A DNA stretch of 57,757 bases, taken from NCBI GenBank assembly GCA_002367635.1, contig DFDI01000090.1, forward strand, positions 36,412 to 94,168, read 5' to 3'. Shown here piece by piece: positions 41,639 through 52,578 of the stretch. The position numbers were made by a program, and so were the translations under genes. This DNA comes from Betaproteobacteria bacterium UBA3031 (GTDB taxonomy: Bacteria > Pseudomonadota > Gammaproteobacteria > Burkholderiales > Eutrophovitaceae). Below the pieces are notes generated by a model, which made no database searches, had not been told where the DNA came from, and worked only from the letters and a program-made list of their open reading frames with translations. Each line of letters starts with the position of its first letter. Positions within the stretch are counted from its first letter, which is position 1.

Positions 41639-41664
41639 TGCCGGATTTAATGCCGGATTTAATG
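41638..41664 (+). repeat. Tandem 12-nt duplication ATGCCGGATTTA x2 (+ATG) at the 5' end of the TauE/SafE gene
   Basis: Read directly as ATGCCGGATTTA ATGCCGGATTTA ATG, giving three in-frame ATGs (41638, 41650, 41662) and the peptide MPDL-MPDL-M. Confidence 0.9.
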
Positions 41665-42468
41665 GCGTATTGGTGGGTGGCTTATCTGGCAATCGGGATC
41701 TTTGTCGGTTTTTTTGCGGGACTACTCGGGATTGGTGGCGGCACGCTTCTTGTTCCCCTCTTGGTATTTCTTTTTACAGCCCAAGATTTTCCAACGGATC
41801 GTATCCTACACCTTGCGATCGGCACCTCCTTAGCCTCGATCGTCTTCACCTCTTTCTCGAGTATTTACGCTCACAATGCGCGAGGGGCTATTTTATGGCC
41901 CACCGTGAAGCAGTCTTCGATTTATCTGATCATTGGCACCTTTGGCGGAAGTTTTTTTGCGGAACGCCTAGATGCTCAAGTGCTTGCTGGGGTTTTTGTT
42001 CTTTTTGCGAGCTACGCTTCGGCGCAGCTTATTCTCGACCTCAAGCCAAAGCCAACGCGAACCCTGCCAAAAAGTATCGGGTTGGGTATTGGCTCCGGGC
42101 TAATTGGCATGCTATCTAGTTTAGTAGGCGTTGGGGGAGGCGTAATTACCATTCCGCTGATGCTAATGCACAATGTGCCGATGCGAAACGCGGTGGGCAC
42201 ATCAGCAGCGCTTGGACTCCCCATCGCAATAGCGGGAAGCTTTGGATACGTATGGAATGGCCTAGAAAAAACCAACTTACCTGACCTTAGTTTCGGCTAC
42301 GTTTATTTACCTGCGCTTTTCGGCGTTGTTGTCGGCACATTCATAACCGTTCCATTCGGAGCAAAGCTGGCACACTCAATGCCTGTGTCACGCTTAAAAA
42401 ATATCTTTGCTGTGATTCTGATGGTGCTGGCAATAAATATGTTTGTAGAGATATTCATGCTTAGTTAA
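41638..42468 (+). CDS. TauE/SafE-family anion (sulfite/sulfonate) exporter-like membrane protein
   Basis: Polytopic protein with the duplicated G-rich motifs of TauE/SafE (GLLGIGGGTLLVPLL and LVGVGGGVITIPLM). The first ATG overlaps the EVE stop (TGATG). The start could instead be 41650 or 41662. Confidence 0.8.
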   Translation: MPDLMPDLMAYWWVAYLAIGIFVGFFAGLLGIGGGTLLVPLLVFLFTAQDFPTDRILHLAIGTSLASIVFTSFSSIYAHNARGAILWPTVKQSSIYLIIGTFGGSFFAERLDAQVLAGVFVLFASYASAQLILDLKPKPTRTLPKSIGLGIGSGLIGMLSSLVGVGGGVITIPLMLMHNVPMRNAVGTSAALGLPIAIAGSFGYVWNGLEKTNLPDLSFGYVYLPALFGVVVGTFITVPFGAKLAHSMPVSRLKNIFAVILMVLAINMFVEIFMLS

Positions 42469-42485
42469 TCCATTTTAGGTTTACG

Positions 42486-43081
42486 CTAAGCACGCTCTAT
42501 AAACCATCCCGTAAGACTTAATCGATCCCTATTGCTTGGTAAGACCTCGTGTGGAAATAATTCACTCAAGAAAACCACGAGCGTTCCAAGTCGTGGCTCA
42601 ACATCAACGAATGTCTCGCAATTAGGTGGCAAATATAGCCGTAAGTAGCCCCCGCACTCTGTCGACCAATCCTAAATAGAGTGTTACCGTCAACTTGCGC
42701 CGCGCGCTACCTTTAGGACGGTCATAATGTCGCTCATATCCAGACCCTGGTTTATACCGCGCCAGATGAGACTCAAAATCAAAAAGCCCGAGGTAGAGTT
42801 TTCGATTGAGATGATCTTTCAGTTGATCAAGTTGTAGAAAAATATCGGGTGTCGTCGCGACCTCATCTGGGCTTAACCACCATATGTGATCACCCCGTAT
42901 TTTTTCTTGAATTTGATACCGTGATCCCGTTCCAATACCTGCCTCTCTAAAACGTCCTTGCGCAAGACCAGTATCACTCTGCGCCAACAGCGCCTCTAGC
43001 GCTATCATCAAAGAAGTTCTGAGTAATCGAGTACCCCTCAGTATCAATATCGCTGACAATTTTGTTAAGTATCGAATTCAT
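42486..43081 (-). pseudogene. 2OG-Fe(II) oxygenase (prolyl-4-hydroxylase-like, SM-20-related family) disrupted by two frameshifts
   Basis: Three collinear fragments lie in three frames. (1) ATG 43081: MNSILNKIVSDIDTEGYSITQNFFDD, with a stop at 42976..42974. (2) The ORF-track 42622..43059 frame: ALEALLAQ...FREAGIG...IRGDHIWWL...YERHYD...RKLTVTLYL. (3) 42668..42486, no Met: WSTECGGYLRLYL...GTLVVFLSELFPHEVLP..RDRLSLTGWF. The total length of 596 nt is 2 mod 3. Confidence 0.8.
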
Positions 43082-43114
43082 TCTGGGTGGGGTGCTGAAA
43101 TGATGACCTGATCT

Positions 43115-44617
43115 CTAGTCACTTTTGTACGCGTCTCTTAATAACGACTTTTGAACTTTACCCATTGCGTTTCTCGGCAACTGCGTCACGACGCGAATAG
43201 CTTTCGGCACCTTATAGCTCGCGAGCTTTATTTTAAGGGCCTCAATTAAACTCTCGGGATCTAATCTAGCATTTGGATTAGGCACAACGACTGCTGTGAC
43301 AGCCTCACCAAAATCCGGATGTTTCACCCCGAATACGGCTGACTCAAAAACGCCTGGCTCATCATCTAAAATAAGTTCTATTTCTTTTGGGTAAACGTTA
43401 TACCCACCGGTAATAATGAGGTCCTTCGATCGACCCACAATCGTCAAATAAGTATCTCCATCTAATACCCCAAGATCACCCGTACGAAACCACCCTTCAT
43501 CAGTGAACTCCTCTTGCGTTTTTTCTGGCATATTCCGATAGCCAAGAAACACATTGGGGCCTTTAATTTGTATGTGCCCTGTTATTCCTTGAGCGACGCT
43601 CAAATCAGCGTCGTCCACTATACGTACAGAAACACCAGGCAGTGGCAAGCCTACAGTGCCGACCTTGCGCGCTCCGTCATAAGAATTGCTGGTAATCATT
43701 CCAGCTTCGGACATACCATAACGCTCCAAAATTCGATGCCCTGTCCGTTGCTCAAATAAGTCGTGCGTCTCTGACAACATCGGCGCTGATCCAGAAATAA
43801 ATAAGCGCATGTTGCGACACAAATCAGCCGTTAATTTATCATCGCTGAGTAGCCTGGTGTAAAACGTAGGTACGCCCATCATCACTGTTGATTGTGGAAT
43901 CGCATCAATAATTTCTTCGACATCAAACCGGGTGAGCCACAACATGGACGCGCCCACGCTCAGCACGCAATGATTAGCGACAAACAAACCATGCACATGA
44001 AAAACTGGTAGCGCATGAAGCAAAGTGTCATGTTCAGAAAAACGCCACAGGCTAGTCAACACATTTACGTTCGACACCAAATTATGATGCGTCACCATCG
44101 CCCCCTTGCTACGACCCGTGGTTCCCGACGTATAAATAATGACGGCAACGTCATCAGGATTTGCTAGCCGAACTAAGCTACTCGACGATTGCCTCGCAGC
44201 CAATCCAAAGAGATCGCGATCCGAATCTCCCGCTAAAATAACTGCCGAGCAGCCTTTGATCGCAGCCACCAACGCTGAAGCTTCGTCATATCGATCACTC
44301 GATGTCACGAACAACTTCGGCTCTGCATCTGCTATAAAATGCGTCAACTCTGTTGACTTGTAAGCCGTGTTTAAAGGCACGAAAACATATCCTGCTTTCA
44401 AACAAGCCAAATAAAGAAACAAGCTCGGCAAACTCTTATCGACTTGCACAATAATCCGGTCACCAGGACAAGCTCCCCGGGCATCCAAAGCCAACGCATA
44501 TCGAGAGACCTGTTGATCAAGTTCTCGATATGATATGACCTGTTTGGCGCTACTTTTTATAGCGACATTCGTTGGCTTTGATTTAACGATGCTTTCAATG
44601 AGCGAATAAAAATTCAT
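43115..44617 (-). CDS. Acyl-CoA synthetase, malonyl-CoA synthetase (MatB)-like
   Basis: 500 aa with the AMP-binding motif IIYTSGTTGRSKGAMVTHHNL. There is long collinear similarity to rhizobial MatB (HALPVFHVHGLFVA, MGVPTFYTRLL, RLFISGSAP, ERYGMSE, GDLG, ITGGYNVYPKEIE, LPRNAMGKVQK). Confidence 0.7.
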   Translation of the reverse strand: MNFYSLIESIVKSKPTNVAIKSSAKQVISYRELDQQVSRYALALDARGACPGDRIIVQVDKSLPSLFLYLACLKAGYVFVPLNTAYKSTELTHFIADAEPKLFVTSSDRYDEASALVAAIKGCSAVILAGDSDRDLFGLAARQSSSSLVRLANPDDVAVIIYTSGTTGRSKGAMVTHHNLVSNVNVLTSLWRFSEHDTLLHALPVFHVHGLFVANHCVLSVGASMLWLTRFDVEEIIDAIPQSTVMMGVPTFYTRLLSDDKLTADLCRNMRLFISGSAPMLSETHDLFEQRTGHRILERYGMSEAGMITSNSYDGARKVGTVGLPLPGVSVRIVDDADLSVAQGITGHIQIKGPNVFLGYRNMPEKTQEEFTDEGWFRTGDLGVLDGDTYLTIVGRSKDLIITGGYNVYPKEIELILDDEPGVFESAVFGVKHPDFGEAVTAVVVPNPNARLDPESLIEALKIKLASYKVPKAIRVVTQLPRNAMGKVQKSLLRDAYKSD

Positions 44618-44672
44618 AAACTAAGTCTGAGAAGCGAAAACGCACACCTTAGAGAGGACAAAAGCTGTCAAT

Positions 44673-45794
44673 CTAAATATCGCACCAGTTAGAAATAATA
44701 TCCTTGTACATATCTACGGACGCTTCAACGCGATCAAGCACGCAATATTCATCTGTTTGATGCGCCATGCTAGCCTCTCCCGGCCCCAAGATCAAAGTCG
44801 GCGGCGATCCATATGCCGGCGTTAGTGCTGCCGCATCTGTGAAGTAAGTTGCAACTTTAGCCTCTGGTCGATACCCTAAATAAGGCTGAACAATATCAAA
44901 AACGGTTTGTATCCAGGGCGTGTCCGGCTCCGAGTAAATACTCTCTAGATCGATAAATGTTTCGAGCTCAACATCGTGTCCTATACATTTTTGTAGTTGC
45001 TCTCTGACGTCCGTGTGTTTTGAAGTGGGCACACTGCGGATATCGATAGAGATGGCGGCTTCATCCGGCACGGAATTTATGTTTAGCCCTCCATGCACCA
45101 TTCCTACGTTGAGGGTCGCCTGTCCCATCATGTCGTGTGGTGGATTTGAAAATTTAAAATTTTCAAGCGCGGTAATTGTCTTTGCCGCCTTATAAACTGC
45201 ATTTTGTCCCAGCTCTGGCATAGAACCATGAGCGGTAACGCCTCTCGTTTTTGCTGTTAACCAATAAGCTCCTTTATGCCCGACATATGGAAAGTTTGAT
45301 GTCGGCTCTCCTACCAAAACCGCTCCCGCTCGTCCGAGCGCTCCTTGTTGCCTAACCAAATCAAAAGCACCCTGGCACCCAAGCTCTTCCCCAGCAGTAA
45401 TCACTAATTCCAACCCCGGCGTTCCACTCAGCTTATCTGATAGCTCAATGGCCGCTGTTACAAAGGCAGCTACGCCGCACTTCATATCACTCGTTCCTCG
45501 ACCAAATAACCTCCCCGCATCAGTCTCACCACAAAAAGGATCCTTGCTCCATGCGGCCGAACCCAAAGGAACCGTGTCAATATGTCCCGTTATACACAGC
45601 GGCTTCTTGGTACTGTTACCACCAATTCGGGCCACCAAACTTGCTCGCTTTTCCCCTAGTGGAAAATAAAATACCGAGAATCCAGCGCCCTCCAAAATAT
45701 TACCTAAAAATTTAGCGCATGCCTCCTCATCACCCGGTGGGTTGATCGTGTTCATACGAACCAAATGTTTGGTTAACTCTATTACCGATGTCAA
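44673..45794 (-). CDS. M20-family metallopeptidase/deacylase (ArgE/DapE/ACY1 type)
   Basis: Metal and catalytic motifs GHIDTVP, GRGTSDMK and AGEE are present. TTG 45794 is preceded by AAGGAG with a 6-nt spacer, 16 nt after the livF stop. The ORF-track TTG 45824 would overlap livF and lacks an SD. Confidence 0.75.
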   Translation of the reverse strand: MTSVIELTKHLVRMNTINPPGDEEACAKFLGNILEGAGFSVFYFPLGEKRASLVARIGGNSTKKPLCITGHIDTVPLGSAAWSKDPFCGETDAGRLFGRGTSDMKCGVAAFVTAAIELSDKLSGTPGLELVITAGEELGCQGAFDLVRQQGALGRAGAVLVGEPTSNFPYVGHKGAYWLTAKTRGVTAHGSMPELGQNAVYKAAKTITALENFKFSNPPHDMMGQATLNVGMVHGGLNINSVPDEAAISIDIRSVPTSKHTDVREQLQKCIGHDVELETFIDLESIYSEPDTPWIQTVFDIVQPYLGYRPEAKVATYFTDAAALTPAYGSPPTLILGPGEASMAHQTDEYCVLDRVEASVDMYKDIISNWCDI

Positions 45795-45810
45795 TATGAT
45801 CTCCTTAACG

Positions 45811-46518
45811 CTAAGCGTTTCCAAAATAAGCTGCGCGCAACTCTGAATTATCTTTCAGTGCGTCAACCGATCCACTTGCTACAATTTTCCCCTGAGATAA
45901 GACGTAGCCATAATGCGCGATTGCCAGTGTTTGTCGAACATTTTGCTCCACCAACAACACGGTCATCCCTTTCTCGTTGATCTTTTTAATAATACGAAAA
46001 TTCTCTTTAACAAATAGCGGCGATAGACCAAGCGAGGGTTCATCAAAAACCATGAGTGATGGGTTGCTCATTAGACTCCTGCCGATAGTCAGCATCGCTT
46101 GCTCACCACCCGACATTGTGCCAGCAAGTTGACCGAACCGTTCTTCCAGTTTTGGGAAGAGGGCGAATACCTGCAACAAACGCTCCGCGACCACATCAGA
46201 ATCTCGCTCTAAAAACGCCCCGGCTTGGAGATTCTCTCGAACCGTCATCTTCGCAAAGACACGCCTCCCCTCTGGCACGCACGTAATGCCTCGACTCGCT
46301 ATGTCATGCGTAGCAAATGAAGAAATATCCACTCCGTCAAATGAAACACGACCCGAGCGGATTTTATTCAAGCCTAATATCGATCGAATTAAAGTTGTTT
46401 TCCCGGCGCCATTTGCTCCGAGTAAACAGGTTATTTTTCCCTTTATAACCTCAAGCGACACATCGCTCACGACATCTGCTGCGTCATACCCGGCGGTTAA
46501 ATTATGTATTGTCAGCAT
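45811..46518 (-). CDS. livF: HAAT-family (branched-chain amino acid type) ABC transporter ATP-binding protein, LivF-type
   Basis: 235 aa with Walker A GANGAGKTT, signature MSGGEQ and Walker B MVFDEPS. Last gene of a five-gene liv-type string. Confidence 0.85.
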   Translation of the reverse strand: MLTIHNLTAGYDAADVVSDVSLEVIKGKITCLLGANGAGKTTLIRSILGLNKIRSGRVSFDGVDISSFATHDIASRGITCVPEGRRVFAKMTVRENLQAGAFLERDSDVVAERLLQVFALFPKLEERFGQLAGTMSGGEQAMLTIGRSLMSNPSLMVFDEPSLGLSPLFVKENFRIIKKINEKGMTVLLVEQNVRQTLAIAHYGYVLSQGKIVASGSVDALKDNSELRAAYFGNA

Positions 46519-46528
46519 CGGTATCTGC

Positions 46529-47305
46529 TCAGTCCTCTCCTAAGTAGGCCGCTCGCACGCCTGGCTCATTTGAAACCTCGGAGTACCGCCCCTCCGCAAT
46601 TTTTTCTCCATAATTAAGAACCACACATCGATCAGAGACCTTATTAATCAACTCCATTTCATGCTCAATTAAAATAATGGATAAAGTGGGGTATTGCGCC
46701 CTCCAATCTTGCAACTCATCCATTAATGCTCGAGTCTCATCGGGTGTCATCCCAGCAGAAGGCTCGTCCAACAGCAAAATCTTGGGCTCGCTGATCAAAG
46801 CGCGGCATACCTCAACACGTCGACGGTCTATCATCGACAGCGAGGACACTGGTTTAAACAAATGCACCGCGAGGTCTCGGCTAAACCGACTCAACAGTTC
46901 CTCTGCTATCTGGATTTGTTCTTGTAGTCGCCGCTTAAAAGACTTTCGATTAAAAATATTGTGCCAAAGCCCCAAATTTAAATTTCTCTGATTGCCAATA
47001 ATAAGGTTATCAAGGACCGACAAGGACGTTGCAAGCCTCAGGCGTTGAAATGTGCGCGTTATGCCGTATGCATAAATCTTAGTTGGTGGCGCTCCTGTAA
47101 TGTCGTTGCCGTGTAAAAGCACCGATCCTGCTGCGGGTCTATAAATTCCCGTTAACGCATTAAAAAATGTCGTTTTACCAGAGCCATTAGGGCCGATAAG
47201 ACCTAAAAACTCTCCTTCATATAACTGGAAATCTAGTCCATTGAGCGCCTTCAGGCCGCCAAAACTTACCGTTAACTCCTTCGTTTGCAATACGGTCTGC
47301 CTCAT
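46529..47305 (-). CDS. livG: HAAT-family ABC transporter ATP-binding protein, LivG-type
   Basis: 258 aa with Walker A GPNGSGKTT and Walker B LLLDEPSAG, plus the LivG-type N-terminal and C-terminal extensions. Confidence 0.85.
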   Translation of the reverse strand: MRQTVLQTKELTVSFGGLKALNGLDFQLYEGEFLGLIGPNGSGKTTFFNALTGIYRPAAGSVLLHGNDITGAPPTKIYAYGITRTFQRLRLATSLSVLDNLIIGNQRNLNLGLWHNIFNRKSFKRRLQEQIQIAEELLSRFSRDLAVHLFKPVSSLSMIDRRRVEVCRALISEPKILLLDEPSAGMTPDETRALMDELQDWRAQYPTLSIILIEHEMELINKVSDRCVVLNYGEKIAEGRYSEVSNEPGVRAAYLGED

Positions 47306-48453
47306 CCGAATCTCCCGGCAAAATATTGACGGAGACCTCGAGGCATTAACCCGCTCGGCCTAAAACGAAGTATTAAGATAACAACAATTCCGAATAACAA
47401 CAGTCGATACTCTTGTATCACTTGGAATTTTTCAGGCAAAACCACAATTAAAAAGGCCGCTGGAATCACCGCCACCGGATTGCCGATACCACCAAGAAGC
47501 ACGATCGACACTAACAATAACGAATCAGAAAGATTGAAACTCGCTGGCGCAATAAACCCATACATAGCGGCATATACAGCGCCTGCAAATCCAGCAAAAC
47601 AATTACCGAGCATAAAAGCGGTGATTTTCCAGCGCGGACCATTGATGCCAAAAGATGCCGAAGCTACTTCATCTAAACGAACCGAATCCATGTTTAACCC
47701 TAACCAGGACGCCTCAATTAACCGAGTTATTAGGTAAACCGTCGCAAGCAATACAAGCGCCACGATCGCGTACGCCACGTAGAACGACCCTCCACCTAGT
47801 TCATTTGGAAAACTATTACCAAAATCCCAACCAAATATCTCCAGGCCAGAAACCCTAAGGCCTTGAGGGCCACCGAGTACATCATTTACCTCTAGAAATG
47901 TGCGAAAAAGAATGCCGAAAGCTATAGTGATCAGAGCTGCGTAGTGGCCACGAGTCCTGAGTATTGGCAGGATCAGCAAAGCGCCGAGCAATGCCGATAT
48001 GGCGCCACTGAAGAAAATTATTAGCAAATCCGGAATATGTAAAAAGTGTTGATTTAAGATGGCCATGGAATAAGCCCCAATGCCAAAAAATGCTATCGCC
48101 GCAAAATTCACGACGCCCGCAAATCCAAATTGAATGGTTAAACCTAAACTGACGGTGGCATAGAGCAAGACGGTCGTGAGCATCAATAACGCAAAATCTT
48201 CATGTCGCAACAACATGATTAACACCACAACACCAAGAGCAAAGCTAATCCACGTAAACCTCGGCATTTCACGAGCTGCATGTTGATAATAAGTTAACGC
48301 ATTAGCCCGCTTCAAAAAATACACGCCTAAAGGCACCATCACTAGGAGCACGCCAATCTCCCATTCGCGCTCAAGGTAGAGAAATCCATAAAGCACGACA
48401 ACGCTTAAAGCCACCCCTAATAAAAGCACCAGTTTTGTTTTGAGCTCGGACAT
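47302..48453 (-). CDS. livM: HAAT-family ABC transporter permease, LivM-type
   Basis: Polytopic permease overlapping livG by 4 nt. The start is uncertain (ATG 48453, or GTG 48507 which overlaps livH). Confidence 0.82.
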   Translation of the reverse strand: MSELKTKLVLLLGVALSVVVLYGFLYLEREWEIGVLLVMVPLGVYFLKRANALTYYQHAAREMPRFTWISFALGVVVLIMLLRHEDFALLMLTTVLLYATVSLGLTIQFGFAGVVNFAAIAFFGIGAYSMAILNQHFLHIPDLLIIFFSGAISALLGALLILPILRTRGHYAALITIAFGILFRTFLEVNDVLGGPQGLRVSGLEIFGWDFGNSFPNELGGGSFYVAYAIVALVLLATVYLITRLIEASWLGLNMDSVRLDEVASASFGINGPRWKITAFMLGNCFAGFAGAVYAAMYGFIAPASFNLSDSLLLVSIVLLGGIGNPVAVIPAAFLIVVLPEKFQVIQEYRLLLFGIVVILILRFRPSGLMPRGLRQYFAGRFG

Positions 48454-48458
48454 CGTAA

Positions 48459-49373
48459 TTACACGCGCTCCGCGGAGCGGTCTGCCAACAACCCGGTTGG
48501 TCGCCACGCCATCAGAATAATGATGACCGCAAATGCAAATACATCTTTGTATGCCGGTACGCTAAACCATATCGCGCCTAATGTTTGCAGAAATGCAAAG
48601 AGCAAACCACCGACAATTGCGCCATAAATACTTCCCAGCCCACCAACCACGGCCGCACTAAAACCTATAACCCCCAACATTAGGCCCATACTAAAATTGA
48701 TCTCCTGATAGTAAAGACCAGTGCTGATTCCAGATAGCGCCGCAAGACCTGACCCAAGAGCAAAGGTAGCCAAGACGGTCTTCTTAAAATCAATACCCAT
48801 CAGTCGTGCGGTTTCTTCATCCTGTGCGACAGCACGTATAGCCAAACCAATACGCGTTTTTTGGATGATTAAATGGGTCACGACAATAGCAAGCGCGCCG
48901 GTAGAAATTAATATAACGCTGTCCAAACGCAAATTAAGATTCCCCCAATTAATGGAGGCCTCCGGTAATAAGGCCGGAAACGGCTTAGGGTTAGAACCAT
49001 TAGGGAAAAATAAACGGACAGACTCTCGAATAACCGATCCAAACATTAGCGTTATCAGCAATGTGTTTAGGGGTGGGGATTCCTTAAGTGGTAAAACCAG
49101 AAACTTACATAACAATGCTCCGAGTAACCCCATAGCTAGGATCCCAATACACAACATGATGATTAACGACAGCCACGCTGGCGATGCCAGCTGATCCAGG
49201 CCTAAGAATAATGCGAGCGCAGTAAATGCACCTAGCATTAAAACATCGCCATGGGAAAACTTGATGACGTCGAGAACACCAAAGAACAAAGTAAACCCAA
49301 CCGCCACTAACGCGTAGGTTATTCCCTGCACCAGTCCATTGACGAAGTACTGCGCAATAAATCCTAGGTCCAT
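48459..49373 (-). CDS. livH: HAAT-family ABC transporter permease, LivH-type
   Basis: 304-aa polytopic permease with a LivH-like N-terminus (QYFVNGLVQGITYALVAVGFTLFFGV...FSHGD). Confidence 0.85.
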   Translation of the reverse strand: MDLGFIAQYFVNGLVQGITYALVAVGFTLFFGVLDVIKFSHGDVLMLGAFTALALFLGLDQLASPAWLSLIIMLCIGILAMGLLGALLCKFLVLPLKESPPLNTLLITLMFGSVIRESVRLFFPNGSNPKPFPALLPEASINWGNLNLRLDSVILISTGALAIVVTHLIIQKTRIGLAIRAVAQDEETARLMGIDFKKTVLATFALGSGLAALSGISTGLYYQEINFSMGLMLGVIGFSAAVVGGLGSIYGAIVGGLLFAFLQTLGAIWFSVPAYKDVFAFAVIIILMAWRPTGLLADRSAERV

Positions 49374-49392
49374 TTCGCTAATTTACCAAATG

Positions 49393-50553
49393 CTACTTTA
49401 GAAAACGCTTACCTGACGCATACTCGCTGTCTTCCCACACGACCCATTCACCATCTTGAACCACATACTTGGTAATTACCGCAATCGTGTTCTGGCCATG
49501 ATCGTCAAACGTAACAGGACCAACGATCGATTGATGTCCTTGTGTTGCATTTAATTCATCCCGTATTAACATTCGATCCGGGCCAACCTGTTCGATTACA
49601 TCAATAATCAGGTTTGTCGCTGCAAATGCAAATGCGCCGTAAGCTTCTGCAGGCTCATTGAAGTTGCGTGCTTCATACGCTTCCATAAACATTTTTCCGC
49701 CTGGTAGCTTTTCCGTAGGCGCTCCCTCTCTAAATGCAAGCACTCCCTCAGCCAGGCCTCCTACGCCATCAATAAAGGCATCCGACACGATTCCGGATGT
49801 GCCTTGAAACACCTGCGTCATGCCCAGCTTATCCATCTGTGCTCGAATCCTTACGCCTGTTGGTGCTAACCCTCCGAAATATATCACCTCGGGGTTTAAC
49901 GCTTTAATCTTGGTCAACTCCGCCGTAAAATCCTGTTGGTCTGGGTTCACACCGAAGGTAGCTAAAATCGTTCCTTCACTTTTGCTTAAGGCGCTTTGAA
50001 AATATTTAAAGTGCCCTTTTCCATAATCCGTGGTGTCATGAATGACAGCCCATTTGGAAAAGTTTTGCGACCTCATAAACTCAGCCGCTACCGTGTTTTG
50101 ATTAATCATCGTGCCATTTATGCGATGAATTTCTAAATAATCGTTACCGTACGTGATGTCTGGCAGCACAGCTCCCCACACGATAACTGGCAAATTAAAC
50201 TTGTGGTACACGTCGACCGTACCCATGGCGACCGCGGAGCAATAGTGTGTTACGCCTGCAACAATATCTTTATTTGCCGCCGCTTTTGTCGCCACCTGAA
50301 CGCCTATGTTTGGCTTACATTCGTCATCTAGCGAGACAAGCTCATATTTATATTTTGTATCGGGCGCTTGATTACGTAGGCTAATTGCCAAGTCCGCAGA
50401 ATTTCGGCCTCCCAATCCACCGGCAGATACGCCTCCGGTCAAGGGGCCGATAAACGTAATTTTTACAGTCTCAGAATCCTCACCACAGCCGGAGAAGAAT
50501 AAGCACAAGAAAGACAAAATCCAAAAGCACGACCATCTTTGGGCTTTACACAT
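49393..50553 (-). CDS. HAAT-family periplasmic substrate-binding lipoprotein (LivK/Peripla_BP_6 type); ligand unknown
   Basis: 386 aa with a lipoprotein signal (LFFSGC) and a type I SBP fold signature (IGPLTGG...). First gene of the transporter string. Confidence 0.8.
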   Translation of the reverse strand: MCKAQRWSCFWILSFLCLFFSGCGEDSETVKITFIGPLTGGVSAGGLGGRNSADLAISLRNQAPDTKYKYELVSLDDECKPNIGVQVATKAAANKDIVAGVTHYCSAVAMGTVDVYHKFNLPVIVWGAVLPDITYGNDYLEIHRINGTMINQNTVAAEFMRSQNFSKWAVIHDTTDYGKGHFKYFQSALSKSEGTILATFGVNPDQQDFTAELTKIKALNPEVIYFGGLAPTGVRIRAQMDKLGMTQVFQGTSGIVSDAFIDGVGGLAEGVLAFREGAPTEKLPGGKMFMEAYEARNFNEPAEAYGAFAFAATNLIIDVIEQVGPDRMLIRDELNATQGHQSIVGPVTFDDHGQNTIAVITKYVVQDGEWVVWEDSEYASGKRFLK

Positions 50554-50604
50554 GATTCGGTTCCGCTATTTTAAGAGTTAGTTAATCGACTCATCTTAAC
50601 AGAC

Positions 50605-50631
50605 AAAAAAAAAGCAGCATAAGCTGCTTTT
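50605..50631 (-). terminator. Rho-independent terminator after atpC
   Basis: The minus strand reads AAAAGCAGC-TTAT-GCTGCTTTTTTTTT, a GC-containing stem followed by a 9-T run, about 25 nt after the atpC stop. Confidence 0.8.
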
Positions 50632-50655
50632 AGACATTGTTTACACTCGTTGCGC

Positions 50656-51075
50656 TTAATTCTTCCTTAACTTTCGAATTTCCGCAAGCTGGGCGCCCAA
50701 CATGGCCAATTCTGCTTCGACCGTCGCGATTTCCTGCTTGTCGGTTGCGGCTCTAAGCGCTTCTTCTGCTCGCTTCTGCGCTTCCTGCGCTCGGGCCTCA
50801 TCCAAGTCATTGCTGCGAATCGCGGTGTCCGCCAATACCGTTACCGATCCTGGTTGGATCTCTAAAATTCCACCTGCAACAAAAATAGCTGTTTCTTCAT
50901 TAGATCCAGCAGATTGAATACGAACCGATCCAGCCTTGATGCGCGTGATAAGCGGGGTATGTTTCGGATAAATGCCCAAATCACCAAGTTCTCCTGGCAC
51001 AACGACAAACGTTGCCTCCCCAGAGAAAACCGACTCTTCCGCACTAACAACTTCGACTTGAATGGTGCTTGCCAT
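50656..51075 (-). CDS. atpC: F1 ATP synthase epsilon subunit
   Basis: 139 aa, last gene of the atp operon, with typical epsilon sequence (VEVVSAEE..., C-terminal helical hairpin). Confidence 0.95.
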   Translation of the reverse strand: MASTIQVEVVSAEESVFSGEATFVVVPGELGDLGIYPKHTPLITRIKAGSVRIQSAGSNEETAIFVAGGILEIQPGSVTVLADTAIRSNDLDEARAQEAQKRAEEALRAATDKQEIATVEAELAMLGAQLAEIRKLRKN

Positions 51076-51131
51076 AATGATCCTAATGAACTCCGTTTAA
51101 CTAAAGAAACTTATTTTATGAGCTAAATTCT

Positions 51132-52556
<1,425 letters not shown>

Positions 52557-52578
52557 TTAAAAAAAATTCTATTAAAAA

